A model generated the notes under the pieces. That model did not search any database and was not told the DNA's origin. It saw only the letters and a program-made list of their open reading frames with translations. A stretch of 64,000 nt of DNA from a virus: positions 4,754 through 68,753 of the IMG/VR virus record IMGVR_UViG_3300025030_000090; one strand, 5' to 3'. The translations under genes and the position numbers were made by a program. Shown one piece after another: positions 8,416-18,463 of the stretch (position 1 is the first letter of the stretch; every line of letters begins with the position of its first letter).

Positions 8416-8859
8416 TCACAGTTTGATTACCTCACAGTCATAGATTTTCGCCAGGTGAAGAATTGTCTCTTTGTATACTTCACTGGAACTATCAGGAACC
8501 CACAGGCCAGATATAATGGCTCTGTTGCTTCGGAAGCCTTCCCGATGTGTTACTACATTTCCGTAGTGGATAACAGAACCAATAGCCATATTCAAATCTA
8601 GAAACCTATTTGAGCCATCAAGATATAAATTCTGAAGAAGTCGGAGAGAATCTTCATAAGAGTAGTATCCGCAAGTGCATTGTCCCTTGTATGTATGGGT
8701 AGCACAAGCAGAAGCTCTCTCTTTCCAGCTTCCCAGGGTCTTTCGGCATATTCCCAGATTTTCTTTCTTCCACTGTGAGGAAAAAGCCTCGGAAAAAAGA
8801 GCCATATCTCTGGCTCTTGGGTCTTTCTTTATCATCCAGGCTCTGTATCCTACAAACAT
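8416..8859 (-). CDS. conserved-looking phage hypothetical protein
   Basis: GYRAW...CTCGYY...HREGFR pattern; RBS. Confidence 0.6.
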   Translation of the reverse strand: MFVGYRAWMIKKDPRARDMALFSEAFSSQWKKENLGICRKTLGSWKERASACATHTYKGQCTCGYYSYEDSLRLLQNLYLDGSNRFLDLNMAIGSVIHYGNVVTHREGFRSNRAIISGLWVPDSSSEVYKETILHLAKIYDCEVIKL

Positions 8860-9209
8860 TGTCTTCTCCTTTTCTTTCCAGGAGCATTCATTGGTCTTCC
8901 ATCATCAGGTTGAGTAGACCACCTCTCAACGATAATCCCCAGGAAAGATAACCTTCGTAGAGATAGGTTTCCTCTGGGGATTATTTCGGATGCCATTTTT
9001 ATTATAGGTCGCCTTCCTCTTTCGAGGCATTCAATATAAAAACATTTTTTTAGCATTATTCGTTGGCTTCGTCAGGTCATCGTCTCACCTCCACTTTCTC
9101 TGGGACACGCAAAGGAACTGAAGGGAGCCTTCTGGGGCTTGGGAACATTTGCATCTACTTTGGTTGGCTGCCCGATGTTCATCATCCTCTCCTTTTCCCT
9201 TACACCATA

Positions 9210-9238
9210 ATCATACTACTTATTCAGAGGCAGGTAAA
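9210..9238 (-). promoter_or_regulatory. promoter P7 (TTTACC-N17-TATGAT)
   Basis: same architecture; degenerate array starts at 9280. Confidence 0.7.
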
Positions 9239-9737
9239 ACTTGAAAAATAGCCAAAATCAGCCATTTTATCCTTGAAATCTCACTTATTCGCATTATTTC
9301 GTGTGATTTCTTTTGTTTTCTTGTACTTTCAGAGTATTCAATCTTGCTTGTATGATTATTAATGCAGTTTCCAAGCCATCTTTCTTCCCAGATTTTTTGC
9401 CTGACATATCTGGGATTCAAACCTTCGTATGTCATATCAATCTCTCATTTCCCAAGTCTCTGATTTTTGACTGTATAAGCATCATATCTTGCAGAGTAGG
9501 CTGCTCTTTGCTCAACATCGGCAGAGAATCTTCAAGAAGCTTCCGAAGTTTTTCCAGCAGTTTTCTCTGCATCTCTTTGGCTGTTTTATTAGCATCTCTT
9601 CTTGGCATCATATGTTTTTACTTTCCCTTCTTGCTTGGTATTATCTTTTGTGCATAAATAACAAGGAATTTTTACTTTTTGTTGCAAATTGAGCATTGAA
9701 TAGAACCATTTCTTTCCGTTGCACAAAATACAAGTCA

Positions 9738-10001
9738 TTATGCCACCACATACGTCACGAAAAATGCGCCTCTGGAAAAAGGTTTTGCTTGAAGAATTTC
9801 CAAGTCATAAGAAGCATACTTTACAGGAACATATCTCCACCAAGCTTGCTTTACTTTCTCTGGCGATGCTTCTATATCATATTCCTGCTTGAGTTTTTCA
9901 CAAAATGCTTTGGCGTCTTGTTCTCCTTTGGAAAAGTAGGTGTAATAATCAGTTGCTCCATCGTCTTCAGTATATTCTATCTTCAAAGGATGCTTTTTCA
10001 T
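9738..10001 (-). CDS. hypothetical protein
   Basis: stop/start-coupled ORF. Confidence 0.6.
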   Translation of the reverse strand: MKKHPLKIEYTEDDGATDYYTYFSKGEQDAKAFCEKLKQEYDIEASPEKVKQAWWRYVPVKYASYDLEILQAKPFSRGAFFVTYVVA

Positions 10002-10309
10002 TGTGACAAAATTTTCACGGGTCTAAGAACTGTGCATTCACGACAATTATCTTGTTCATCACTCCAGAAGAACAGTTTTCCATTTCGTGTAAAGTAATCG
10101 CCTTGTTTAGCTATTCTTTCTCCTGTCTCTTCAAAGACAACATTTCCAAAGGTATATCTCTCAGACACCTTTCGGAAAATTGCATAGTAGAAGATTGTAC
10201 GGTCATTCATTTGTTCTACAATGCCGTTTTCTGAAAGGAAATACTCTCTCTCATGAGGTATATCGTATTTCACAAACTCGAATTTGTCTTGTCCTTGGTT
10301 TACAATCAT
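9998..10309 (-). CDS. hypothetical protein
   Basis: stop/start-coupled ORF. Confidence 0.6.
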   Translation of the reverse strand: MIVNQGQDKFEFVKYDIPHEREYFLSENGIVEQMNDRTIFYYAIFRKVSERYTFGNVVFEETGERIAKQGDYFTRNGKLFFWSDEQDNCRECTVLRPVKILSQ

Positions 10310-10797
10310 TTCTTGTCCTTCATAATTTCCATCATCGTTTCCCAGGCTTCTACATTTCCCATTGCGTCACCTACTGGGTTGTGTGTATGCTTTGTTTTTC
10401 TGAACTTTTTCCAGCTGGAAGTATCACTTATATTTCCAGTGATTCCAGCCCAAACATCCCCAATTCTTCTAGCAGAATGTCCAAAAGGATTTTTCCCGAT
10501 TGAAGAAAAGCCATCTGCAATCCACTGCCAATCATATGCAGGATTATCGCTTATAAGAACGAGTCTTTCATCTATGCATATTCTGTTTAGCCACGAATTG
10601 AAACGCATGAATACTTCTGGAAGTTCTTCTGCCATGTTTTCTATTTCAGGAATTGCTGGATTCAGCAAAGAAGGATGTGTTACATAGATGATGCCATGGA
10701 AAGATTCCTTGGAAGGATATGCCACTGCAGCAAATTCTGTTAGAACACCATCCCTGGGGCAAGTTCCTGTGGCTTCACAATCTACGAAGATTAGCAT
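10306..10797 (-). CDS. DEDDh 3'-5' exonuclease
   Basis: VDCEATG, DNPAYDW, HTHNPVGDA. Confidence 0.82.
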   Translation of the reverse strand: MLIFVDCEATGTCPRDGVLTEFAAVAYPSKESFHGIIYVTHPSLLNPAIPEIENMAEELPEVFMRFNSWLNRICIDERLVLISDNPAYDWQWIADGFSSIGKNPFGHSARRIGDVWAGITGNISDTSSWKKFRKTKHTHNPVGDAMGNVEAWETMMEIMKDKK

Positions 10798-11111
10798 TCC
10801 AGTACTTCCTTATATTTTTCGGGAATGAAATCATTCGCCAGTAGTATTCTATCTGGATACATCAAAGTTCCTGGTTTGGATTTCTCTAGATAATCTGGTC
10901 TCCAACCAGGTTGCCAGTCTTCTACACCTATAACACGAATATGCCACTCTTCTTTAGATTTATCCCAATCAGGAGAAACTTTTTCTATTTTGATTACTTT
11001 GCCAAATTTCAAAGCAGCACATCTTCCCAGTAGGCTTCCATATGCTATGAAATCACCTACATGAACAGTGTTGCTTGCTTTATCAAGAAAACAATATTTA
11101 GTGTGTCTCAT
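10791..11111 (-). CDS. hypothetical protein
   Basis: coupled ORF. Confidence 0.6.
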   Translation of the reverse strand: MRHTKYCFLDKASNTVHVGDFIAYGSLLGRCAALKFGKVIKIEKVSPDWDKSKEEWHIRVIGVEDWQPGWRPDYLEKSKPGTLMYPDRILLANDFIPEKYKEVLEC

Positions 11112-11356
11112 TGGTAAGTTTCTGCAAATTGGGTGTCTAGTTTTTGTTCTTGGAGAAATTCCATAATTTTATCTACTTCATCTTGTTTTGCCCCTCCAAG
11201 AAAGTAATGTTTTGTTTCGCCTATATAAGTATCTCTGAGATGAGTAATTTTGAGCCAATCTCGGAAAGCTTCTTGCTGCTCTTTGGTCATGTAGGCTTTT
11301 CCAATTACGAAAGAGCAAGAAGAAGAATTTGATACAAAAGCAGTTCTGATTTTCAT
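11108..11356 (-). CDS. phage hypothetical protein with MKIRxxFVSNSSSxSF N-terminus
   Basis: N-terminal motif recurrent in large phages. Confidence 0.7.
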   Translation of the reverse strand: MKIRTAFVSNSSSCSFVIGKAYMTKEQQEAFRDWLKITHLRDTYIGETKHYFLGGAKQDEVDKIMEFLQEQKLDTQFAETYQ

Positions 11357-11601
11357 GATATCTCCTTATTTTCAATTTTCTTCGGGGAAGCAATTTTTGG
11401 TCTTGAAGAAGAACAAGGAAGTTTGAATACAATAGGGTCATAACATCCTTTCTTGCTGGCTTCTGCTAAAACGCTTTCCATATCTTCTCCAACAGCAACA
11501 ATTCCGCAGAAATCTACAGCAAGCCATTTTCCGCTGTGTTGTCTGATTTCTTCCATATGGGATTCAATCCATTTTTGAGCAGTCATATTATCTTTCCACA
11601 C
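11353..11601 (-). CDS. DUF5678-like protein
   Basis: WIESHMEEI..HSGKWLAV...IVAVGED...L.EA. Confidence 0.6.
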   Translation of the reverse strand: MWKDNMTAQKWIESHMEEIRQHSGKWLAVDFCGIVAVGEDMESVLAEASKKGCYDPIVFKLPCSSSRPKIASPKKIENKEIS

Positions 11602-11692
11602 CTCTTGCAGCTTATTGGCTTCCAGATATTTTCAGGAAAACACCAATAATGTCCCAATACAGTACATGTAAGATTGTCTACTATTTGCTTTA

Positions 11693-12088
11693 TCAGTCTA
11701 ATGATGTTTGTATTTCCCACGCAAGCACTCCGAATGAAGGATATATTTTCCCATGGAATTTTTTCAGCAACGAGGAAAGCTCTTTGTATTTCTTCTCACA
11801 ATCTGGGCGGAATTGCATCGGAGCAAGGGCAGGATTTACAATCCAGGGATGCAAGAATATCATTCTCCTGTCTATCACAGAAGATAGCCCTGCAAGTGTA
11901 GTAGCTGGCTTGCTATATGTCCCTATAGAATCAAGTTTATCTGGTAGTTTTATTGAGGTTTCTTTTTTCTTTTCATCTTCTTTCTGGATTTGTAGTGTTG
12001 CTTCAGAGGGGACAATAGTTCTTTTCCTTTTGCCCATAGTTTTTTTCCTTTTTTCTATATTGCTTCCAGCATGGTCCAAGGGAAACAA
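11693..12088 (-). CDS. hypothetical protein
   Basis: ORF; start uncertain. Confidence 0.45.
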   Translation of the reverse strand: MFPLDHAGSNIEKRKKTMGKRKRTIVPSEATLQIQKEDEKKKETSIKLPDKLDSIGTYSKPATTLAGLSSVIDRRMIFLHPWIVNPALAPMQFRPDCEKKYKELSSLLKKFHGKIYPSFGVLAWEIQTSLD

Positions 12089-12340
12089 ACTGGCTGAAAG
12101 AAATTATCTAGTTGAATAAGATAGAAACCTTCCCATATAGAGGTCTGCTTTGCATTCAGAGCAAAATCCCATGTTATCTTTTTTTACTACCCAGCCTTCT
12201 TCATATTCCCTTCTATTGAATTCTGGAACATCATCTGTGTATCCCCCGAATACATCACCACACACAGGACATTTTCTTTCATATTTTTGTATGCGAATTT
12301 TGACTCTTTGAAAGGGGTCAAAATTCAGGAATCACAAACT

Positions 12341-12865
12341 CTATTGTCTCTTGTCTTTCCAGTATTTTGCCATAGATTCTTTTTCACAAAATTGGCATCG
12401 TATTTCTTCCCAATCAGGCTCGGGTTCATCAAAGGAGACGATATCAACAATGAAGTGCATGTAACCTTGGCCTCTATTTTGGTGTGATAGAATAGTCATG
12501 CTTCTAGATTTTGGGTCTAGGATATAAATCCATTCAAGAAACAGAGGATCGCAACTAGCTCCTTCTTCCAGGGGCTTTCTTACATCTCTTGAAGGCACAT
12601 ATGGCTTCTGATGGCATTCGCAGCCATGCAAGAAAGCTTCCCCAAATTCCTCTGGGTCATTGAAACTTCCCTCGGAAATAACTTCCCAGCCTCCTGGGTG
12701 CTCTTCAATTGCGTAATGGAGGAATGCTTCTATATCGCCTTGAAATTTTCCCCTTACCAAATTCCAAATATCTTTACCTAAACCAGAAGGATATCCATCC
12801 CAGTGATGGAAAATCCCCTTCCAGCCATCGCCATCAATTCTTGCTATTGCTGCTCTTGTAGACAT
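12341..12865 (-). CDS. phage hypothetical protein (MSTRxxI..HWDGYP type)
   Basis: HHWDGYPSGLG, EWIYI motifs. Confidence 0.7.
   Translation of the reverse strand: MSTRAAIARIDGDGWKGIFHHWDGYPSGLGKDIWNLVRGKFQGDIEAFLHYAIEEHPGGWEVISEGSFNDPEEFGEAFLHGCECHQKPYVPSRDVRKPLEEGASCDPLFLEWIYILDPKSRSMTILSHQNRGQGYMHFIVDIVSFDEPEPDWEEIRCQFCEKESMAKYWKDKRQ
12351..12400. repeat. 50-bp exact duplicate of 18942-18991
   Basis: identical sequence encoding RCQFCEKESMAKYWKD in two genes. Confidence 0.92.
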
Positions 12866-12902
12866 TAACTTTTCTCCTGCTTTTCTAGTGGTAGTATTTT
12901 GA

Positions 12903-13343
12903 CTATATATATCTATCAGTGTGTTTTGAGAAAGGATTTAATCCCTTTTTTGGGCACGTATATACAGCCTTGTATACCGCACATCCTTCTGGTGTTATTC
13001 CTACTGGAATGACGGTGCTAGCTCTTTCCAAAAGTGTTCCGCACTCCTTGCAAAAAAGACCAGGCTGAGTTTCTGGGGTTATTGAATTATCCATGTTTGA
13101 TGCGTTCAATGTTGCCAGGCCAGGAATGTTTATTTTCCCCGAATCTAGTCCAGGTTCTATTAAATCTATCAAGTGGGCAAGTTCTTTTCTTATGGGTTCT
13201 GCTCTTTCTTGTTCTTGTTGTCCTGCTGAATCTACTAGATATTGCAGGATGTTGCGAACTTGTAGCATGTAGTCATCGCTCCAATGCTGGCCGTTGCTAA
13301 TATCTTTTAGAGCAACTTCTATTTTGGCTTGCATGAGACTCAT
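12903..13343 (-). CDS. hypothetical protein with Zn-ribbon tail
   Basis: CKECG...CP; promoter directly upstream. Confidence 0.6.
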   Translation of the reverse strand: MSLMQAKIEVALKDISNGQHWSDDYMLQVRNILQYLVDSAGQQEQERAEPIRKELAHLIDLIEPGLDSGKINIPGLATLNASNMDNSITPETQPGLFCKECGTLLERASTVIPVGITPEGCAVYKAVYTCPKKGLNPFSKHTDRYI

Positions 13344-13376
13344 AGATTCCTCTCAAATTCCATATTTCCTACTCTT

Positions 13377-13406
13377 ATTATACCTATAGACAGATACGAA
13401 AGTAAA
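13377..13406 (-). promoter_or_regulatory. promoter TTTACT-N18-TATAAT
   Basis: intergenic; same -35. Confidence 0.65.
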
Positions 13407-13483
13407 AGTTCAATTTGGCTCTTTTTGGAGACTTTTTCTTTAATTTTTGCCCCGAAATAAAGATTTTCTTGAGTTTTCTTTCT

Positions 13484-13666
13484 TTATCTCATGTGTCCTT
13501 CATAAGCAATGCAGCCATCACATTGGTAATTGGCAAAACACTTATTGGCCACAGAATCACTTTTAGGTTGTGGGGTTTCATAAACAGAACAAGTAGGACA
13601 CCCTCTCAGAATCATTCTGTGCTTCTTCTTGCAAGTCGGGCAGAACATTAAAAAGGATTTGCTCAT
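13484..13666 (-). CDS. small Cys-rich protein
   Basis: three CxxC pairs. Confidence 0.55.
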   Translation of the reverse strand: MSKSFLMFCPTCKKKHRMILRGCPTCSVYETPQPKSDSVANKCFANYQCDGCIAYEGHMR

Positions 13667-13926
13667 TTCAGATTCTCTTTTCTAATCAACATCGTATTCT
13701 TGAATATCCCAAGATTCTTGAATGTTCTATCAATTTTGATTCCACACTCTACACAGATTATTGCTGTATCGCCCAATGCCCCTTGATTTTGCTCTACGAT
13801 AACTCTCCATTCCATTACATGGATATGACAAATGTCTTTCTTACAAACAGAGCAAACTCTCATTTGTGTTTGTGCTTGTCCACAAACATCACAAGCAGTT
13901 TCTTCTATAGGCCTTGTTACTTTCAT
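13663..13926 (-). CDS. small Cys-rich protein
   Basis: CDVC, CSVC, CHIH, CVEC. Confidence 0.6.
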   Translation of the reverse strand: MKVTRPIEETACDVCGQAQTQMRVCSVCKKDICHIHVMEWRVIVEQNQGALGDTAIICVECGIKIDRTFKNLGIFKNTMLIRKENLK

Positions 13927-14287
13927 GTGTGAATTATTCCTGTTAACAATAGAATAAATAGAAATAAAAGCATCCCTACTATAACTATTAAGAATGGCAG
14001 CATACCCAAAAAGTCTTTCATTCTATTCACCTTTGATCCATTTCATTACTTCTTTTGGCCATATCATGCAAACAGAAAGAATTAACAATAATGGCCCCAT
14101 TGTAGCTATAAAGAATAATAACCAGGCTAATTCAAATGTCATGGACGTCTTGTGCAGGAGCAGTCATTACATGTTCTCCAGGTATCGGACAGACAACGAT
14201 TAGCCTGTCGTGGGTTGATAGGACATCTATTGGGAATATGTCTTGTGAAATAACGCCAATAGAATAAAAACTTATTCATTGTCTTGT

Positions 14288-14560
14288 CTATGTTGTTGAG
14301 TTGGCTAGTTCTAATAGCACATCACCATGACAGGGTTGTGGGTGGCACCAACAGACAAGGTCTCGACCCCGTAATTCGCTTAAATTGTAGACATGCGGGT
14401 TGTTCTGAATGTTCTGGATTATCCAGGCTCGGTATTTAGCGATGACTTCTTGGCGAGTCCCATGCCTACCAATCTTAAATGGATTGCCCCACTTCGACGG
14501 ACGGCCCACATAGACCGCCCCCACTGGGCAGTCAGCGTTGTGTTTGTTCCAGACCTTCAT
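14288..14560 (-). CDS. DUF4326 protein
   Basis: VYVGRPSKWGNPF...LRGRDLVCWCHPQPCHGDVL. Confidence 0.88.
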   Translation of the reverse strand: MKVWNKHNADCPVGAVYVGRPSKWGNPFKIGRHGTRQEVIAKYRAWIIQNIQNNPHVYNLSELRGRDLVCWCHPQPCHGDVLLELANSTT

Positions 14561-14650
14561 GGCCTCATCTTCATAATATCCACCACCACAGACATACGAT
14601 GCCAGCTATCACCCAAAGGACAACCCAACTAATGAGGAAGGCACGGAACC

Positions 14651-14878
14651 TCATTCCAGCGCCGCCTTGAGGTCGGCCCAGCACTCGGAGCACTCGGAGC
14701 GCCGGACTCTGAATATCAGATGCTGGTTGACGTGCGGACACGCCTTCTCCATTTCTGCCACCACCTTGCGGGCCTGGGCCAGTGCGGTATCCTCTGGGGA
14801 GTGGCAGGCTCGTAGTAGTTCGTGCTGGCTCAACAGCACTTGGTTCCGCAATGCTGCCTGTTCAGGTGTCATGGGCAT
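14651..14878 (-). CDS. hypothetical protein
   Basis: CPH...CSEC. Confidence 0.55.
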   Translation of the reverse strand: MPMTPEQAALRNQVLLSQHELLRACHSPEDTALAQARKVVAEMEKACPHVNQHLIFRVRRSECSECWADLKAALE

Positions 14879-14987
14879 ATCATTAAATTTAGTAGGCTGG
14901 CCCAGGATACTCCAACCAAGATGCCCATAGCCAGAGCCATCCCTGTTCCAATCAGGGCAAGCCTGAACATTCTCCGCTCGGTAGGGG

Positions 14988-15503
14988 TCATGGCTTTAGC
15001 ACCATCAGCGCCCTCCATAGGGCCTCAAGTGGATTCTCTAGATTGCAGAACCAGCGCAGCCACCACGATATGTATGACTCACGCAGCCGCCTCATGTGGG
15101 CATCAGTATTGGCGGTGTGCTCCAAGGCAAGAAATAGCTGCTGTTGGTCTGTCTGTGGCAAGTGTCTGACAGTTCCTAGCCACTTCCCCACGTCCAGGGA
15201 GACGGTGTAGCCGAGGCCCTTACACAGGTCACAGGGTATACCCGTTAAGTCTGCCATTTCTTCTTCTGTGTATGGCGCTCCGTAACGAAAAGGGTACACA
15301 ATACCATTTAGGCAGTGTTTGCATTTCTCCCGCACGCCCTGGAGCCAGAAGCCTGACCCACGGCAAGTGGGGCACGGCAATACTCCAGGCGAGATGCTTG
15401 CGATACGGGTTACTATCCCAGGGTCGAAAACTTCTTTCTCTCCCTTGCACGTTGGGCACTTCCTGGTGGCCAGTTCTAACCCAAGGTCAACTGTTTCTGT
15501 CAC
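14988..15503 (-). CDS. DnaJ-like CxxCxGxG zinc-finger protein
   Basis: four CxxCxG repeats. Confidence 0.65.
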   Translation of the reverse strand: MTETVDLGLELATRKCPTCKGEKEVFDPGIVTRIASISPGVLPCPTCRGSGFWLQGVREKCKHCLNGIVYPFRYGAPYTEEEMADLTGIPCDLCKGLGYTVSLDVGKWLGTVRHLPQTDQQQLFLALEHTANTDAHMRRLRESYISWWLRWFCNLENPLEALWRALMVLKP

Positions 15504-15969
15504 ACTCTACCTCCTTCTCCAAATACTTGTTCAGGTCTTTAAGGCTTTCTGCATCACAATCATTGTCACACAGGCAAGCCCGCAGAACGTTGTATAGTAT
15601 GCCCCAACTCCGTGCTAACCGTAGGTGTCCTACTATGGTTAGAGTCTTTGCTTCTTTCTGGGCCACCTTGATAAGTGCCCCAGTGAGAGCGCCTTCTGGC
15701 AAATTGATGTAATCGCCGCTGCCATCGCCAAGGTCAATTGGGTTGTGGCGCTTCTGGGCCAGTGCCCATCTCACTACTTTCCGCAGCCCGTCGTAGCCTG
15801 GGGCTGGAATGTAGTCAATGCCCCTGCATCTGGAACAATAAATAGTATGTGTATCTTGACAATGGGCACAGAATAACTCTCTCCGCCCGGTAGAGAGACA
15901 AGGGCACCTCACCATCAGCTTCTCCAGCAATCCTCTAGTCTCCCGAAGCAAGGGAATCAGGTCACTCAT
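15487..15969 (-). CDS. Cys-rich hypothetical protein
   Basis: CPC, CAHC, CSRCRG. Confidence 0.55.
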   Translation of the reverse strand: MSDLIPLLRETRGLLEKLMVRCPCLSTGRRELFCAHCQDTHTIYCSRCRGIDYIPAPGYDGLRKVVRWALAQKRHNPIDLGDGSGDYINLPEGALTGALIKVAQKEAKTLTIVGHLRLARSWGILYNVLRACLCDNDCDAESLKDLNKYLEKEVECDRNS

Positions 15970-16118
15970 GGCCTAATCTTCTTCATCGCCGCTTCCAGGA
16001 GCCTGACCAGATGCCGTAATTCCCTCTCCAACCTGGTCGCGGGCTGGTCGTCTCACCCTATCCTCCTTTCACCTATCCGGAAATTCCGGATAACTGGCTC
16101 CCCCACTGTTTTTTCTGA

Positions 16119-16196
16119 TTAGCCGTCGCCGGAGCCGGAGCCGTCGCCGCAGCCGCAGCCGGAGCCGTCGCCGTCTATCGTCACTTCCGTTTTCAC
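16119..16196 (-). CDS. 25-aa Gly/Asp/Ser repeat peptide
   Basis: AAGGAGG RBS, GTG start, MKTEVTIDGDGSGCGCGDGSGSGDG*. Confidence 0.45.
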   Translation of the reverse strand: MKTEVTIDGDGSGCGCGDGSGSGDG

Positions 16197-16304
16197 CCTA
16201 TCCTCCTTTTGAGATATATGCATTTTTTGCATATTGCTGGCTCCCCGTAGCCTGCCCCACGGGGAGCGCCCGCGTCTCTGCGAGCAAGGTTGCTAGTTCA
16301 TCCA

Positions 16305-16871
16305 TCATAATCTCCTAAACATGCTTGCCACTCTGAATCTGTGATTAGTGCTTCGTACTATGCCAATCAGTCCGCACAGGTGCATTTCATCTTTTCTGAA
16401 CATAGGCAATACCTGATCGAGCCAGACTAAATATCCCCCAGAAGGCAACACAAGGTAACACTCTGTTAGAACCTTGTTTCTGTTAATCATTGGTTGACCA
16501 TAATGTAGAGCATCTTCTACAGAGTATGGTGGATCCGCCAAAATCAAGTCGAATTGGTCAACTTTCACATATTGTGACAATTGCTCTGCATTGCAAATTA
16601 TATCAGCATCATGTGTGTCCAATCTGGTATATTTTGAAGAAGCTGGCAAACTACCGCTGAACAGATGTAGCACATTTTCTGCGTCTGGAAACATGCTCAT
16701 TATTCTATTCAAATAATTAGGAGGATATGCGCCATACAAGCCGCTTCCTCGATAATTGTTTCCCAATACCCACATTCCATCTAGCCATCTTTCATCCGCC
16801 CTTGGTGCTGGCCAATTGGGAAATTTCAAGCGATAGAAATCTGCTCTTGCCATCAAGCTATAGGGTTTCAT
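16305..16871 (-). CDS. small amino-methyltransferase (N6-adenine type)
   Basis: VLHLFSG (motif I), ILADPPY (motif IV). Confidence 0.75.
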   Translation of the reverse strand: MKPYSLMARADFYRLKFPNWPAPRADERWLDGMWVLGNNYRGSGLYGAYPPNYLNRIMSMFPDAENVLHLFSGSLPASSKYTRLDTHDADIICNAEQLSQYVKVDQFDLILADPPYSVEDALHYGQPMINRNKVLTECYLVLPSGGYLVWLDQVLPMFRKDEMHLCGLIGIVRSTNHRFRVASMFRRL

Positions 16872-16888
16872 TTGTCCTCTTCAAAACA

Positions 16889-16918
16889 ATTATACTTTCT
16901 ATTACACCAGGCAGTAAA
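16889..16918 (-). promoter_or_regulatory. promoter TTTACT-N18-TATAAT
   Basis: intergenic; same -35. Confidence 0.65.
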
Positions 16919-17234
16919 AGACTAAATAGGCTACTTTTTGGACTCTTTCTTTCGGTTTCTTTCTTTTCTTATTAGTTTTTTGTGTTCTATTAACTCTATA
17001 ATGAAAGCGGAAATATTTATGAGAAATAGGAAACCTGCTATTGCAATGGCTATTTCCAATGCTATTTTCATCGATTATTCAATGCCTTTCTTCGTTCATT
17101 CTTTTACCCAGTCCTTTCTGTCCCACTTTTTGTTGTATTTTCTGTGCATTACATAAGCCAACCACATCGTGCAAACAGGGTTGTATTTCTTCGGCCTTCT
17201 CGCACATCAAAACATAAGCATCTGAAAAGTCCAT

Positions 17235-17705
17235 TTAGTCTTCTCCTATAATGCTATTATCATGACCTTTGGTGCATCTTAATTGGGTAAATTTCTGGAA
17301 TTTGCTATAATCCGAAATTGCCCTTTTGTAATTCGTCTTATCTACAGTAAAAGATAAAGTGTAAATAAGCTTTTCAGTTGTGCATTTTTTGCACCTGAGC
17401 AAAACACCATGTGAAAAAGCTTTAACTGTGAAATCTTCGCCATTGCAGTTATAGCATACTATTCTTTCATATTCGGATTTTGTAGTGTCTTCTGTGAATG
17501 TAGGAAGAGTTTGTCTGTTTTCTTTATGATCATCATTTACTTTTATATCAAGACATTTCATTCCTTCTTGGAAAGCCAAATCATATAATGCCAAGCTTTC
17601 ATCATTTTCTTTGGCATCTATAAAACCTGCTGTATACGTCATTAGGTCTATGAGATCATTTTCATCTAGGGAATCAATAAGCTCAACTCTTTCCAAATAA
17701 TTCAC
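17235..17705 (-). CDS. hypothetical protein (Zn-ribbon motifs)
   Basis: CYNC, CKKC. Confidence 0.55.
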   Translation of the reverse strand: MNYLERVELIDSLDENDLIDLMTYTAGFIDAKENDESLALYDLAFQEGMKCLDIKVNDDHKENRQTLPTFTEDTTKSEYERIVCYNCNGEDFTVKAFSHGVLLRCKKCTTEKLIYTLSFTVDKTNYKRAISDYSKFQKFTQLRCTKGHDNSIIGED

Positions 17706-17975
17706 TCAATCTTCTCCTAGCTCTTCAATTTCTTTGTCTTCTATTTCCCCCAAGTCTTCTATGACCTCATCAAGAAAGGAGATTTCTGTCCATTCTACAT
17801 AGCCAGAGGGATATTCTATTTTCACTCTTTTTTGGCTTGGAGAAACTTCTTGCACCAGTATTTCATATAAAAAGCTCTTCGAGGACTTCAAGCTTCTAAC
17901 TTTGAATCCATTACTATCAAGTTCTGGTTTTGCCTTGAGAATGTATCTATGTTTCGCTTCAAGCATTTGCAGCAC
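17706..17975 (-). CDS. hypothetical protein
   Basis: coupled ORF. Confidence 0.55.
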   Translation of the reverse strand: MLQMLEAKHRYILKAKPELDSNGFKVRSLKSSKSFLYEILVQEVSPSQKRVKIEYPSGYVEWTEISFLDEVIEDLGEIEDKEIEELGED

Positions 17976-18165
17976 ACGCCTTCTGTAATGGCATTACAGT
18001 GCGAGGGTCTACTGCAGATACTTCTGTTCTGTCCAGTGTTTCATTTTCACCTGTGTCCCAATGGACCTTGATTATGTCTGTCCCTAAATCATGGCATAGA
18101 ATGGTTCCTGTTTGCAGGGGTCTACACAGATGTAGTACTCTTTGTCCTGTTTTGTACGCTGCCAT
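17959..18165 (-). CDS. hypothetical protein
   Basis: GAGGAG RBS. Confidence 0.5.
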   Translation of the reverse strand: MAAYKTGQRVLHLCRPLQTGTILCHDLGTDIIKVHWDTGENETLDRTEVSAVDPRTVMPLQKACAANA

Positions 18166-18454
18166 TTACATCTCCTCTCTTGAAGTATCCATTCTTGCGG
18201 AATCTTTTATATGTTTTTTCTAGTTCTTCTACCCAATCATCATGCGATTTTATACATGGTGGATTAACAGCTACATGAGTAAACATATAGATACTTCCTA
18301 GTTTATGTTGAAGTATTTCTGCTTCTTCTGTAGTAATTGGATCTCTATCAAATCCATGTAAAGTTCGCATTTCCAAATCCATCACCAGATCATCATACAT
18401 CAGCCATTCTATTACTTTGCATGCTTTTTCTTGTAGCGTCAGCTTTTTGCTCAT
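18122..18454 (-). CDS. hypothetical protein
   Basis: ORF. Confidence 0.55.
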   Translation of the reverse strand: MSKKLTLQEKACKVIEWLMYDDLVMDLEMRTLHGFDRDPITTEEAEILQHKLGSIYMFTHVAVNPPCIKSHDDWVEELEKTYKRFRKNGYFKRGDVNGSVQNRTKSTTSV

Positions 18455-18463
18455 AAGATTGTC

